From positions 86,563 through 150,562 of the forward strand of contig MU057597.1 of NCBI GenBank assembly GCA_013265495.1: a stretch of 64,000 nucleotides of DNA, written 5' to 3'. The position numbers and the translations under genes were made by a program. Below, one piece after another: positions 40,811 through 53,837 of the stretch (positions are counted from its first letter, which is position 1; each line of letters begins with the position of its first letter). The DNA is from Vicugna vicugna (lineage: Eukaryota). The notes beneath the pieces were generated by a model. The model did no database searches. It was given only the letters and a program-made list of their open reading frames with translations, and had not been told where the DNA came from.

Positions 40811-41421
40811 AGAATAGGGCTATTCCTAGGGAACACTGGGAGTCTTTCCTTTGGGAGAAGTGCCGTGAGAATATGGAGAAACAACTAAAGCTCCTATAGA
40901 CAGGAACTACCTTTTCAATTTAAACCCTATCAAAATCAAAGGCTCCCTCCCTCAGAATAAGACTGCAGTGCAAATGGAGGGGGTTTCTAATGCACCTATT
41001 AAGGCTTTTCTAAGTCATTACGTTTAGAGTTTTACTTAGAACTTAAAGGAAGGCACTCCTTTTTTCTAAAACCTGTCCCTGTTCACCAATAGGTAGAGAT
41101 TTGTGAGAAACTTATGAAGCCCCTATTTCTCTTACTCCTAAGGGAGAAACATTTTTTGACCTAAAAGATCAGGTTTTCTTCATACAATATTTGTGACCTA
41201 TGATGAAGGTGATGCAGAGCAAGAAAAATTGTCAGGCTTATACCTGAAGAACTGCAGGCACTTGATCCTACCGACGTATGAGGATACATTCTACATCACC
41301 CATGAAAATCACCACAGACCAAAGAAACCCCTGCCCAGTATTCATCGATACCCACTGAGACGAGAAGCTATAGAGGAAATAAAACTCTTGATACCAGCTT
41401 CTATTAAAAAAGTAGTTTATT

Positions 41422-41573
41422 CCTATAATGAAAAAAGAATATGAAATTGAATATATGTATGTATACGTATGACTGGGACATTGTGCTGTGCACCAGAAAT
41501 TGACACAACATTGTAAACTGACCATATTTCAATGATAAAGCACGTAAAAATTAAGGTAAAAAGAATTGTTTAA
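41422..41573 (+). mobile_element. Short L1 3' end inserted with a 16-bp target-site duplication
   Basis: aaaaaagtagtttatt at 41406-41421 and 41574-41589. Confidence 0.75.
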
Positions 41574-41594
41574 AAAAAAGTAGTTTATTGTAGC

Positions 41595-41725
41595 ACGGAG
41601 GGTAGACCTCAGTGGTCGAGTGTGTGCTTAGCATGCACAAGGGCCTGGGCTCAATTTCCAGTACCTCCATTAAAAAGTAAATAAATAAACCTAATTACTT
41701 CCTCCCCCAGAAAAAAGAAAGAAAA
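41595..41725 (+). mobile_element. tRNA-derived SINE within ERV pol
   Basis: ggagggtagacctcagtggtcgagtgtgtgcttagcatgcacaagggcctgggctcaat. Confidence 0.8.
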
Positions 41726-43534
41726 AATGGCTTTTTATGCCTTACACCAGCCTTTGTAACACTCCCTTTCTGCCATGTAAAAAACCTAATGGCAAAGGTT
41801 GGAGATTTGTACAAGATTTGAAATCTACCAATACTATTATTATTCCTCACCATTCTGTAGTATCTCACCCCTATATTTACCATCCTATATCCCTAAAAAG
41901 TGACTTCTTTTCTGTGATAGATCTCTGCAGTGCGTCCTTTAGTACCCCTGTACCTCCTGATGACCAATATCTTTTTGCCCTCACTTGGAATGAATGACCA
42001 TTTCCATGGGCTGTGATGCCACAGGCTACACTGAGAGTCCCACTTCCTTTTCTCAGATATTAAAAGCAGACTTAGACGATCTCGTTTTTTTCTTCATAAA
42101 TCAGCTTTAATACAGTATGTAGATGATGCTGTTGTTTTCAGATTCTTGATAAATACCAAAACGCCCTGTACTTGTCTTAGAAGTTAGCTTCAAAGGGACA
42201 TAAGTATCCAAAGAAAAATGCCAATTTTGTAAAGCTAACATGAAATATTTAGGGCATACGGTATCTAAAGAAGGGCTTTTAACTGATCTAGACAGGGTGA
42301 AGGGCATTTTGGCTTTCCCTGTGCCTAAAACAAAAAAGGCAACTAAGAGGATTCCTAGGTCTTGCACACTACTGCAGGAGCTGGGTTCCAGGTTTTTCTT
42401 TAGTGGCTCGACCATTATATAATCTACTTAAACAGCAGCAAACTGGAACAATTTGCTGGGAAAGAGAACATTCGAAAGCTGTGGTAACCATAAAGGGTCT
42501 CCTGGCAAAGACCCCGGCCTTGGGGCATCCAAATTATCATGTACCCTTTTTTCTCTTTGTACATGAAAACAAGGGTGCCACACTAGGAGTATTAACCAAC
42601 AACATGGCAGTTACTACTGACCGATAGGGTACTACTAGACACAGTAGCCAAGGGCCTCCCCCCTGGTCTCCGGGCTGTCACTGCAACAGCCATGCTGTGT
42701 CAAACCACAGAAGAGACAGTCAGGAGTCACCCTCTCACTGTTCCCCAGTCCGTGGAAGCTTTCCTAAGCTCTCACCACACACATCCAGCAAACCATTTAA
42801 CTTCTCATGAGACTGTCTTGTTCTTACCAAACATAACCCTCCACAGGTATAATAAACATAATCCAGCCAGCTTGCACCTAGAAGAAACAGAGGTCAATGA
42901 CTAAACGCATTACTGTATTGTTATGACTGACAATCTTTTATCTCCTAGGATTGTCCTTTGAGAAAGCCCAGTGGATAATCCTGATTTTATATTGTTCACT
43001 GATGGTTCCTATCTAGGGGGACCTCATGGAAGGTACCAGGCACGCTATGCCCTTCTTTCTCCAGCATCTGTCCTTGAAATGGTCCCTACCCTAATGTCTC
43101 TTCCACTCAACAGGCTGAAATGATAGCACCAACAATATGGTTCCACAAGAAATGTACTCCAAAAATTAAAGTACACAAAGTGAAAATGAGGAAAAAAGAT
43201 CAGCCATATCAACACAATTCAAAATACAGCAGGTATCTTAACAGCAAAGTAGATTAAAGAGCAAATAATACGACCAAGGAGAAGGAAATCCATTTTATAA
43301 TAATAAAGGGAGAACTTCACAGGAATGCCCCGACAACAGGAAATTATGCAGCCAACAGCAGAACCTCCAATCTCTGAAAAACTGGCAGAAATGTAGTAAG
43401 AAGTAAACAAATCCAGGTTTATGGTGAGACTTCCATGCCCGCTCCCTGAGTAACAGACAAGTAGGCAGAAAACATAGTACCAATCAATGAAATTAATGTA
43501 ACTGATATTTATAGAACAGTGAGATAACAGAAAA

Positions 43535-44330
43535 TACACACATTGGTCTCTGCCCCCCACCCCTGACAGCTTCTAAAACCCTGGTAACTTCTAAAACCCT
43601 GGTAACCCTAAGTGATAAGAGCATTGGAAATCCCTCTTGTTCTGTTTGTCTATGACCTCATCCCTCACACAGGGCTCCCAATCCCGTGGGAATCCCTAAA
43701 TAAGCATCTTTTGTTCTATGGAGGTGACTCCAGGTGAGCTCCTAGACAGCTCCTAAATGGGGACTGTTACCAAAAAGAAAAAGCCATGATTGGAAGCTTT
43801 GAATTTTCAGCCCCATACTTCATTTTCCAGACTGAGGGGCTAGAAAAGATAATTGCTGTGACCCACCTGAGGAGGCCTCTGTAAGACTGCAACATGAGTT
43901 GGTTCAAAGAGCCCCACGCTGGAGGTTGATGCACCCCACCACCAAAAGGACAGGAGGTCCTGCAGCAGGGTCCGCCTAGAACTCCCCCACGAGCCTTTCC
44001 ACCTGGCGATTCATCTGTATCCTTTGTCATACCCTTTAATAAACTGGTGTTTCCCTGAGTTCTGTGAGGTGCTCTAGCCAATTCACTGAACCTAAAAAGG
44101 GGGTTGTTGGAAACTCTGCTATATAGTCAGTGGGTAAGGAGCAGAAGTGATGACCTGGCCTTGGGACTGGCATCTGAAGTGCGCTGGGGCAGATGGCTTG
44201 TAGGATCTGTGGGATCTCATATGGGAACCCTGCCCCCCCAATTGGTGACCAGAACTGTCAAATTGCTCTGTGTGTGAGTGGTTGTGCTGGGAGCATAACG
44301 GAGACTCAGAGGAAAGAAACACACTGTAGG
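43535..44330 (+). mobile_element. MER21-like solo LTR inserted in an old L1 fragment (L1 at ~43140-43530 and ~44340-44720)
   Basis: ggtctctgccccc...ttggaagctttgaattttcagcccc...aataaactggtgtttccctgagttctgtgag...gggactggcatctgaagtg. Confidence 0.6.
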
Positions 44331-45689
44331 AAGATCTGAATTTTTCCTTCTACAAGAGGTAAAAAACTGAGTTTTCCTATATAAGAACAATCCACCTAAA
44401 GAGAGAATTTTTACACAACAAAGTGCACATACTACTTCAGTAAGACAAACCATATTCCAGGCCATCAAACAGTTCTTCACAAATCATAAGAATTCAGGTT
44501 ATACAAAATGCATCTATGACAATGGAATTAAACTAGAAATCAATAACAGAAAAATCTCCTGGAAATCAAATATTTGGGAAACAATGATCCACTTATAAGG
44601 AATCCTGTGGAAAAGAAGAAATTAGAAAGCAAATTAGAATGTATTCTGAATTGAATGAAAACAGAACATACCAACATGTATATTTGCCAGGAGTGTAGGG
44701 GAAATATTTAAAAATCACTCCATGGAAAATACTTTCCACATCACTATCCAGCAAGCGTGAGATTTCAGCACGTTCTCCTCCCTCCGTGAAAACCCCCACC
44801 TGCCTTCAGGGGCCATGAAAAAGGAAGCTTCTCATATCACACTCTGGTGATGTTCATTAGGAAAATGTAATTGTTTGTGAGAATTGGCAAATGGAAACAA
44901 GGTACTTAGAGAAAAAAAATTCTCAGCCCTCTAAGTCTGCACTGTCCTTCTACTACAGCTGAATTGATGCTGCAGCTCTAGGAGATGGTGTCAAAATCAC
45001 AAACACAGCTCAGGGACTGGCTGTCTCCCTCCCTGACCCACCCGCATACACCAGGCTCAGCCCACAGTCTTGGCACCAGGAAGGAATCAAATGAGTATTT
45101 GCCTATTTTAGCCTGAGAGGTAGCCTCTAAGGGAAAGAGGTTATGAGTCACTGGGTGAAATAATTTGAAAGATCAATGTTCATGAGTTTTCTCTGAAAAT
45201 GAACAATAAATAATGGGAACTTTTTTTGTTTGACATATAAAGTAGAAATTTCCTATATTCACTCACCAAATATTCTTTGACTCAAGGACATAAAAAGAAA
45301 TTGTAGAATTCTTAAACTTTCTAACATTTTTCACATGCTTACTATAGTCTGATTCTCCCACCAGGTAAATCCATATCATGGGTAGTCTTTCCACCCAATA
45401 AAGCACAGGAAGGACTACATTCACATACTGCGTATTTGTGAACATGGAGCACGTTTTAGGAAATGTTCAAAAAAAATCAGACAGGCTCAGGGCAGAGTTG
45501 TTTGCCCCCAGGGCAGGAAAGCAAGACTTACTTGCAGTCACACCCCTCCCAGGAATGTGACCTTAAAGCAATCACTCTGGAAGTCCCTGAACACCACCAC
45601 AGAGGTCACCGCCAGGACAAGACCTTTGCCCTCTTGCCCCCAGCAAAAGGTAACCTTCTCCTAAGAGAATTTTTTTTCTCTAAGTACAA

Positions 45690-47281
45690 TGAAAGATTTG
45701 CCACACTCATTATACTTGTAAGCCTTCTCTCCAGTACGAGCTCTTTGGTGGATTTTTTTCCTTTTTTTTTTTTTTTTAAATATAGTTGATTTACAATGTT
45801 AGTGAGTCTTGAGGTTGAATTCTGACTGAAGACTTAGAGACATTCATTACATTCCTATGATTTCTGTTCAGTGTGGAGTATCTGATGGTAAGCGAGGCTT
45901 TGCCACACTCAAGACATGTCCATTTCCCCCCATGATCCATCTCCCATGAATTTAAAAAGACAATTTTGAATGAAGACCTTCCCACATATACCACATTAAT
46001 ATGGTTTCCCCTTTGTATCTATTCCCTGTAGTGAAGGTTGAGATCTTAGTAAAGGCTTTTCAACACTCTTATTTTGGGGAAAAAAAAAAGAAAAAAAGAA
46101 AAACACTCTTACTTTTGAAATGTTTCTCTCCAGTACGAATTATCTCCTGGTTGTACGGGTTGCTTTTTCACCACAGCCCTTGACTCCTTCATTGCATTTA
46201 GAAGGTTTTCCTCCAGTATGAATGCTCTAGTGAATTGCAAGGTATGAATTTCAACTACAGATTTCCCACATACATCACATTTATATAATTGCTCTCCTCT
46301 GTGGATTAATGTATCCTGAGATTGGAGCGGAAATCAAAGATTTTCCCAAAACCAGTACGTTTCTCAGGTCTCTCTGCGGCATGGACTCTCTGCTGAGTTG
46401 CGAGGCATGCATTTTGACCCCCCTTTTCCCACAGACATCACATTTATACGGTTTTTATCCGGGATGGATTAGTTAATGTTTTCTGAAGTGTGAGGACTGA
46501 CGAAAGGTTTTTGCCACACTCACTACATTTGTAAAGTTTCTCTCGAGAATGAATTCTCTGATGTCTTCGAAGGGCTGTTTTACGACTAAATGCTTTGTGT
46601 CTCTCATTACATTTGTAAGGTCTCTCTACAGTGTGAATTCTCTTATGACAAGAAAACTGCAAATTCCGCCCAAAGACTTTCCCACATATGTCACATTCAC
46701 GTAATTTCTCTCCTGTATGGACGGTCTGATGTCTATGGAGGGGTGATCTCTGAAGAAAAGTTTTGCCACACTGAGTATACTTGTAAGGTCTTTCCCTGTG
46801 TGCTTTCGGGTCTTGCGTCAGTAATGAAGGATGCGTAAAATCACTCCCATATATATTAGAAGTGTTGGTGTGCAGACTAGAAGAAACTCCTTGAAGTGGT
46901 GAAAATGAGGCATTGCTGTTGATACTCTGGTCGGCCTGATTACATGCAGCAGTTTTCTCTTCACTTCTAACAATGTGCAGTTCATCTCGAGAGCTTACTG
47001 CAAGTCTGCTTTCCACAGGCTTGTTTCCTGCGCCACTTCGACCACATGGATCTTGCTCTTCAGTGAGGTTTTTGTTACGAGTTAGAGGAATTCCTTCGTC
47101 ATTTCCTGCCTCATCTGTGCAAAGACTCAAAAGTCATACATAATTTCCTGGATTCCTCAGAAAGAAAAATGCTTCATTTCATTCCTTTCATGTCTTCCCA
47201 ATATCACTATTTGGAATACTCCTCCTTTATCAGAGTTTGCTTTTAGTTGTAATTGCTTGAACAGACGTATCTGAGAGAGAG
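45690..47281 (-). pseudogene. KZNF gene C final exon: disrupted spacer and degenerate C2H2 array
   Basis: Acceptor cttgtag| at 47282/47281. TGA at 47157-47159 in the KRAB frame. The finger ORF 46444-47130 is in another frame, has mostly broken fingers and shifts again at CGKN. Finger remnants continue to ~45690. Confidence 0.85.
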
Positions 47282-49959
47282 CTACAAGATACAAAGAACC
47301 ATGAGTAGTGTATTCACTGCAATTCAAAAACAAAAGTTTCGTCATTAAACACATGCTATTACACTGAAACAAACACTTACACCAAACAGAGTTATGAACT
47401 GCCTACCGTGATCTTAAAAACTAGGAACAAAAATGGAGTAGGATTTTTTTGCTAAAGCAAAAGTAATCAGAGATAATTCTAACGATTTTAGGGAACCCCT
47501 AGTTTCAAAAAAGAAATGATAAAAACACTCAAACTTCTGTTAGCTCTCAAAGAAAGTGTATACTTCTACCATAACCACAAAGCACATACCAACTTATAAT
47601 AAACATAATGCTGTCTCATAACTCGGGGAAATCATATTATACTGTATGTTTATATATTTTCTGCATAAATAAATGCTAAAGAACAGACAATATATTGTGA
47701 AAGTAAATAACTGAAAACTAGCTAATGAATAATCTAATGAATAATCTCAATGATTGGTAGTCTAGAATTGGGAAACAAATACACCATAGAGAGGTTAAGT
47801 ATATGATAAAACAATTTAAAATATATATATATATTTTTCCGGATACCTCCTATAAAACAAAGGACCCATGAGGTAGCATAAAACGTTCTGAAAGACCATC
47901 ATCTGTAAATCAAAATTAAATTTCATGAATGAAACAGTCTCCAGTAATAGAACAGCCAATAAATGAAGCAATCCCCTAACTATGGAGTACTCTTAAATAT
48001 CCAGTTGACTGGCCCCAAAATATACGTGAGAAACAGTGAGCAATTTGTAAATTTATTAATAGGGTCAAAAATAATGTTGAGAACAAATTGCAATAGAAAA
48101 ATATAAGATATAATACATACATACAAAGGGATGTCTACTCAACATGACAATATTAATATACATTTCTATACAATAGTAACACCTGAATCTTTACTCTAAA
48201 AAATGCATAATTCTAAGGCATCTAACAGTACTAATTTCTTTTCAAAGGCTTGAGGAAAATTACCATGAATTTTCAAGTAAAGAAAGTAGACTGCAAGTTC
48301 TGTACATGATGCCAAGTGACACAGAAATTAGTGAGAGAACCAGGATTTGAACCTGGGCTTACAGACTGAGAAAACATATTCTGAAGCATGACTGCTCACC
48401 CAAACACTACAGACTACAAAATATTATACCAAATACGAAGAGTTTCATAAGAAGACATCGAAGGAGATGCCAGAAGAAGTAAGCTGTGTCAGTAGTAATG
48501 TTATTCAGCCGTCCATCCTGGAAGGGTTTTTGAATCATCACAGCTGCACATAGTGACTTCAGTCGTGTCCTGAGAAAGGTGTTCAAAGGATGCAGAGGGG
48601 TCATTTTACAGTGTGTATGAGAAGGTGGAGGGATGGGTGAGGGAAGGCTGTGGAAACTGGGAAGTTCAGGAGAACAACTTACATATGCTAGCAAATAACC
48701 GTGTTTCCATCCACATCCATGTGCCGTGTGAGGAAAGCTCAGGACAGAGAGAGGGTGTGAGTGGAGCACGGGGCACATGCACACATGGGAGCACAGCCTG
48801 GGACTGCGCGTCTGTGTGACTGTAACTGCATCATTCACACCTGCACCTAACATACTGATCTTGAGAGAAAAGAACTGGTTTAGCAAGTAGCATGATACTG
48901 GCCCATTTTTAACTATGGGAATTATAGCATGTGTATGTCAGGGAAATGAAAGGGATTTCAGTGCTGTTGGGAGACAGCAGGTTTGCATCTATTGCTCTAT
49001 ACGCTATGCAACGTATCTAATGGAATACTCCAGAGGTTCCATTTCCATGCATATATTCAAGAAAAACACAGTATTCCAGCACATTGTTTAAGAATGTTCT
49101 TAGCAGAAACCAGAAGATAAAACCAGGAAAAGGTCAACAAAGTGAGACGGATGAGTTTATTCTGTACACACATATGCAGATCAAAGTAAATGTATCAACA
49201 ATACCATAAAGATCATGATTTCAGAATGAAGATCCTGGCTGGGTGAGCAGAGTTTTATGGGCAAACAAGACTAGCAGAAGATGTCTGCCAAAGTCTGAGT
49301 AATTCAAGAACATGATCACATTAGTTAACTAAGTAGAGGAAATGAACAAACAAAAAAGAAATGTTATTAACCAAAAATTTAATTACATAACATACTTCAA
49401 AAAAAGTAATATATTGACTTTGGCATATAAAATGTTTATGCTAACACTGCTTATTATTAAACATGACTGAGTTCCTTTAGCTGGCCTCTTTAATTATTGG
49501 AAATCCTATCATTAAATTTCCTAAGACAAACTCTGCAAGGAAAAACAAAACAAAACAAACAAACAAAAAGATGACGAGTGATGTGGGCAGTGTAGATGAA
49601 CAGTAAACCAAAGGCACTCATTAACCTATGAAGAACCCAAGTTCAAAAAGCCTTTGAGAAAGAGAAATGAACCAGTGAAGAAGCTACTCCACGCAGGCAA
49701 CCGCCTCCTACCATGAAAACAAGAAACTGAACACTGTAGGAAAGTTCAGGAAAATCTGCTAGCCTGTGACTCCCAAACTCCTTCATTCATTACAGTGGGA
49801 CCGAACTGGAGGAAGCCTCCCAGCTCCCAGATGTGCCCTCAGGCGGGAACGCAAGTCAGACCTAGGGAGAGATGGTAGGTCAAGCCTGGGAGAATACCTG
49901 CCCTCAGCAGGAGGCAAGCGGTGTTGATAACTGCGGGGAACAGAGTTCTAGGACCTGTT

Positions 49960-50810
49960 TCTGGGAATGTAACTTGGTGCCGCCACTATGGAAAACAGTG
50001 TAAGGGTCTTCAAACTATGTGTTTTTATTCATAGAATGCACCAATTCCTATGTGAAACTCTCTTTAAAAGATACCTGCACTCACACGTTCATTACAGCAT
50101 TATTTACAACAGCCAAAACACGACAAAAACTAAGTATCCAACAGACGAATGGGGAAAGAAGAGACTGAAAAACAAAAACAAAAACAGCCCTGGTAGATAT
50201 TCACAATGTTATCTAGTCAGGAAAAAGGAGGATATCTGGCTATCTGTACCAACTTGGTTAAACACTGAAAATATTTCCTCAGTAAATTAAGTCAGAGAGA
50301 AGGACTAATACTAAATGATCTCATTTACGTGTGGAATACCTTATCTAAAAAAAAGGTGCCAAAATAACAAAACACAGTAGACGACGGGGGCTGGCAGAGT
50401 AAGAAGACATCGCACAGAGGATAGAGCTCAGTGGTAGAGCGCGCACTTAGCAGGCACGAGCTCATGGGTTCAATCCCCGGTACCTCCATTAAAAAAAAAA
50501 AGATTGGGGAGATGCTAGCTATAAGACTACATTTCCAGTTGTAAGTGAGAAGAGCCCTAGGACTCAAAGGTACAGTGTGGTAATTACAGTTTTTGATACT
50601 GTAGTATATAATGTAAAGTTGGTAAGACTGTGTATCTTAAATATTCTCATCCCTTGACAAAAAATACTGTAATTAATTGAATGGAAAATGGTGTTGAGAA
50701 ACCTCCTGAGGTAATCTTTCTGCAATATGAATATTTATCAAATTACTGCACTGTACACTTTTAAGTTACACCGTGTTATAAGGTAGTTAAATGTCAAAAA
50801 AAGCTGAGAA
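49960..50810 (+). mobile_element. Old LINE-1 3' end containing a SINE at ~50417-50500
   Basis: ccactatggaaaacagtg...cattacagcattatttacaacagccaaaa...ctgtacacttttaagttacac; SINE gagctcagtggtagagcgcgcacttagc... Confidence 0.75.
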
Positions 50811-50979
50811 AAATACAAATAAATGCATAAGAAGGTCCTAGTTTATCATGTGTTTTTTTAGAAAGTTCCAAAAAGAAGAAAAAAAAGATCTTAGAAGAAT
50901 AACATAAGCCTAAGGTATTACAAGGTAGGGAAAAAATTAGAGATGAATGAAATACAGAATAAAAACTACAGAACTAGAA

Positions 50980-52143
50980 CAAACAATCCTAAGATTTATG
51001 TGGAATCACAAAAGACCCAGAATTGCAAAGCATTACTGAAGAAAAAGAACGAAGCTGGAGAATAACCCTCCCAGACAGCGTGGTATTGGCAGCAAAACAG
51101 ACACATGGATCAATGGAACGGAATAGAGAGCCCAGAAATAAACCCAGACCTACGATCAATTAATCCTCAACAAAGGAGGCAGGAATACACAATGGAGAAA
51201 GGATGGTCTTTTCAGCAAGTGGTGTTGGGAAAGCTGACAGCTGCATGTAAATCAATGAAGTTAGAATACTCCCTCACACCATACACAAAAATAATATCAA
51301 AATAGCTTAAAGACTTGAATATAAGACAAGACACTATAAACCTCCTAGAAGAAAACATGGGCAAAACATTCTCTGACATAAATCTTAGCAGTGTTCTCCT
51401 AGGTCAGTCTACACAGGCAATGGAAAGAAAAGCAAAGCAAAAATAAAGAAATGGAACCTAATTAGACTTGTAAGCTTTTGCACAGCAAAGGAAACCATAA
51501 GCAAAACAAAAACACAACCTATGGAATGGGAGAAAATTTTTGCAAAAGATGAGACTGACAAGTGCTTAATTTCCAGAATATATAAACAGCTCATACAACT
51601 TAATAATAATTAATAATAACAAACAACCCAACCCAAAAATGGGCAGAAGACCTAAACAAGCAATTCTCCAATAAAGACATACAAATGGCCAATAGGCACA
51701 TGAAAAAATGCTCAATATCACTAATTATCAGAGAAGTGCAAACCAGAACTACAATGAGGTATCACCTGACACTAGTCAGAATGGCCATCATTCAAAAGTC
51801 CATGAACGATAAATGCTGGAGAGGGTGTGGAGACAAGGGAACCCTCCTATACTGCTGGTGGGAATGTAGTTTCATGAAGCCATTATGGAAAACAGTATGG
51901 AGATTCCTCAAAAAACTAAAAATAGACTGACCAGCAATCCTACTCCTGGACATACATCTGCAGGGAACTCTAATTCAAAAAGTTACATGCACCCCAATGT
52001 CCACAGAAGCACTATATACAATAGCCAAGACACAGAAACAACATGAATGTCCATTGACAGATGGCTAAATAAAAAAGATGTGGTATATTTATACAACAGA
52101 ATACTACTCAGCCATTAAAAAAGAATAAAATAATGCCATTTGC
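50980..52143 (+). mobile_element. LINE-1 ORF2 3' fragment, lacking the 3'UTR
   Basis: [58 protein letters not shown]. Confidence 0.88.
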
Positions 52144-52189
52144 ACATCATGAAGTTTTTTGTGTCTGAGTCAACAGGGCTTTCAGATCA

Positions 52190-52426
<237 letters not shown>

Positions 52427-53031
52427 TCACCAAGGAGTCATAAGGAGAGTCCTTATTTTCACACAAAATGAGAAGAGAGGGGGGTAAGGATCAATTCAGT
52501 TGAAGTATGTGTTCTGGCAGATCCATGGAGAGGTATTTGGAAAAAATGATGGGCCTCTAAGTTTAATTTTTTATGTCTTTTCATAGAGATTACAATATCC
52601 TCCAAATAATGTAGATTTTTTCATTTTTTAAACAAAACATGAAATATATACAAAAAGAATTCAACAACAGGTTGTCTGTGCAGAAGTATTCGACATTATG
52701 TTCTACACACTGAGTCATATTCAGTTTTGCAATGAGCTAGTGTATGAGTGGTATCTTCAAACATGACAAAGTCCACAGTGGCTTTAAAGCAAAGACAAAA
52801 TCTAAACGATTTTGATAACAAGAGCAATGACTAAAGATGTTCGAATATTTCTTAAATACTAAGCATTACTCTCAATGCTTTATAAAGTATCTACATCATA
52901 GGTCATTAGGGAAAAGATCTGTTCACATCTTAACAGAAGAGAAAAGTGACACAGACATTAAGCAGCACCGAAAGGGATAGAACACGGCAGAAAAACTGGG
53001 CCAACAAGGTGAAAGATTTCTATGACTTTAC

Positions 53032-53046
53032 CTGAGAATAAGCCAT
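53032..53046 (-). CDS. KZNF gene C start-codon exon coding part (MAYSQ)
   Basis: ATG GCT TAT TCT CAG|gtaaagtcata. Confidence 0.7.
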
Positions 53047-53759
53047 TTCTGACTCTTTTTCTATCCTCTTCCTCCTCTTCTGGGATTCTTCTTCAGGCTA
53101 AGTAAATCTTTAGAAGGCAATCTTGAAAGTTGAAAAGATGCTGTTTAATGTTGAGAATCAACACAGCCCTCCCTGCGCCACAACCACACACAGGGGAGAC
53201 CTCACCACGTGGAACAGTGCTCTGCTGCCCACTGTCACAGGAGGGACTCAGGACAGGAAACTCCTACACACAGACCAACAAAAGAGATTTCCCACACTTT
53301 GTTCAGATCACTCTCCCCTCCTGGTGAGCCCCTCCCCTACAAGGCAGCAGCGGGCACCTCAGCTGGACCTGACAGCCCCCTTCAGGTCACAGACCAGGCC
53401 CTGATCCATCCCCACGCAGAGCAGAGCCCCCTCCCCCTCAGCCCGGATCCCAGCCCTCAGGATGGGAGGACTCAGAGTCAGGATGCTCAGTGAGGGACCC
53501 AGACTGAAATCACCTGTGGTCCCTTGAGTATTACAGAGGATGGACGTGAAACCAGCTCTATGAAGGGGAATTTCTGCCAGCAGGTACAAAGCAAGTATTT
53601 GCAAAATGCCCCATCGATCTAATGTGAACCCTGGGTTGAGCACCACTCAGAACAAGCAAAACCAGCTCACATCCCACTTTCTTTCCTTTTCCAGTTTTAC
53701 TGAGCTACGACTGATGCATAACAATGGTGTACATATGAGGCCTACAATGTGATTTTTTT

Positions 53760-53837
53760 AATGAAGGTACTGGGGGTTGAACCCAGGACCGCAAGCACGC
53801 TAAGCACACACTCTACCACTGAGCTATAACTTCCCCC
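53760..53837 (-). mobile_element. tRNA-derived SINE within an old antisense L1 3' fragment (~53680-54450)
   Basis: ggtactgggggttgaacccaggacc...gctaagcacacactctaccactgagctata. Confidence 0.75.

Larger units (their letters stand above)
41000..43135 (+). mobile_element. Degenerate class I (gamma-like) ERV pol: RT and RNase H, multiply disrupted
   Basis: YPLRREAIEEIK; CNTPFLPCKKPNGKGWRFVQDLK; FFSVIDLCSA; QYVDD (cagtatgtagatgat ~42113-42127); KYLGH; PALGHPNY; LFTDGS (~42992). Interrupted by L1 and SINE inserts. Confidence 0.88.

Noticed and set aside
50417..50490. tRNA-Ala(AGC)-like sequences here and at more than ten other sites
   Set aside because: They carry A-rich tails, target-site duplications and stem mismatches, so they are SINE copies rather than tRNA genes.
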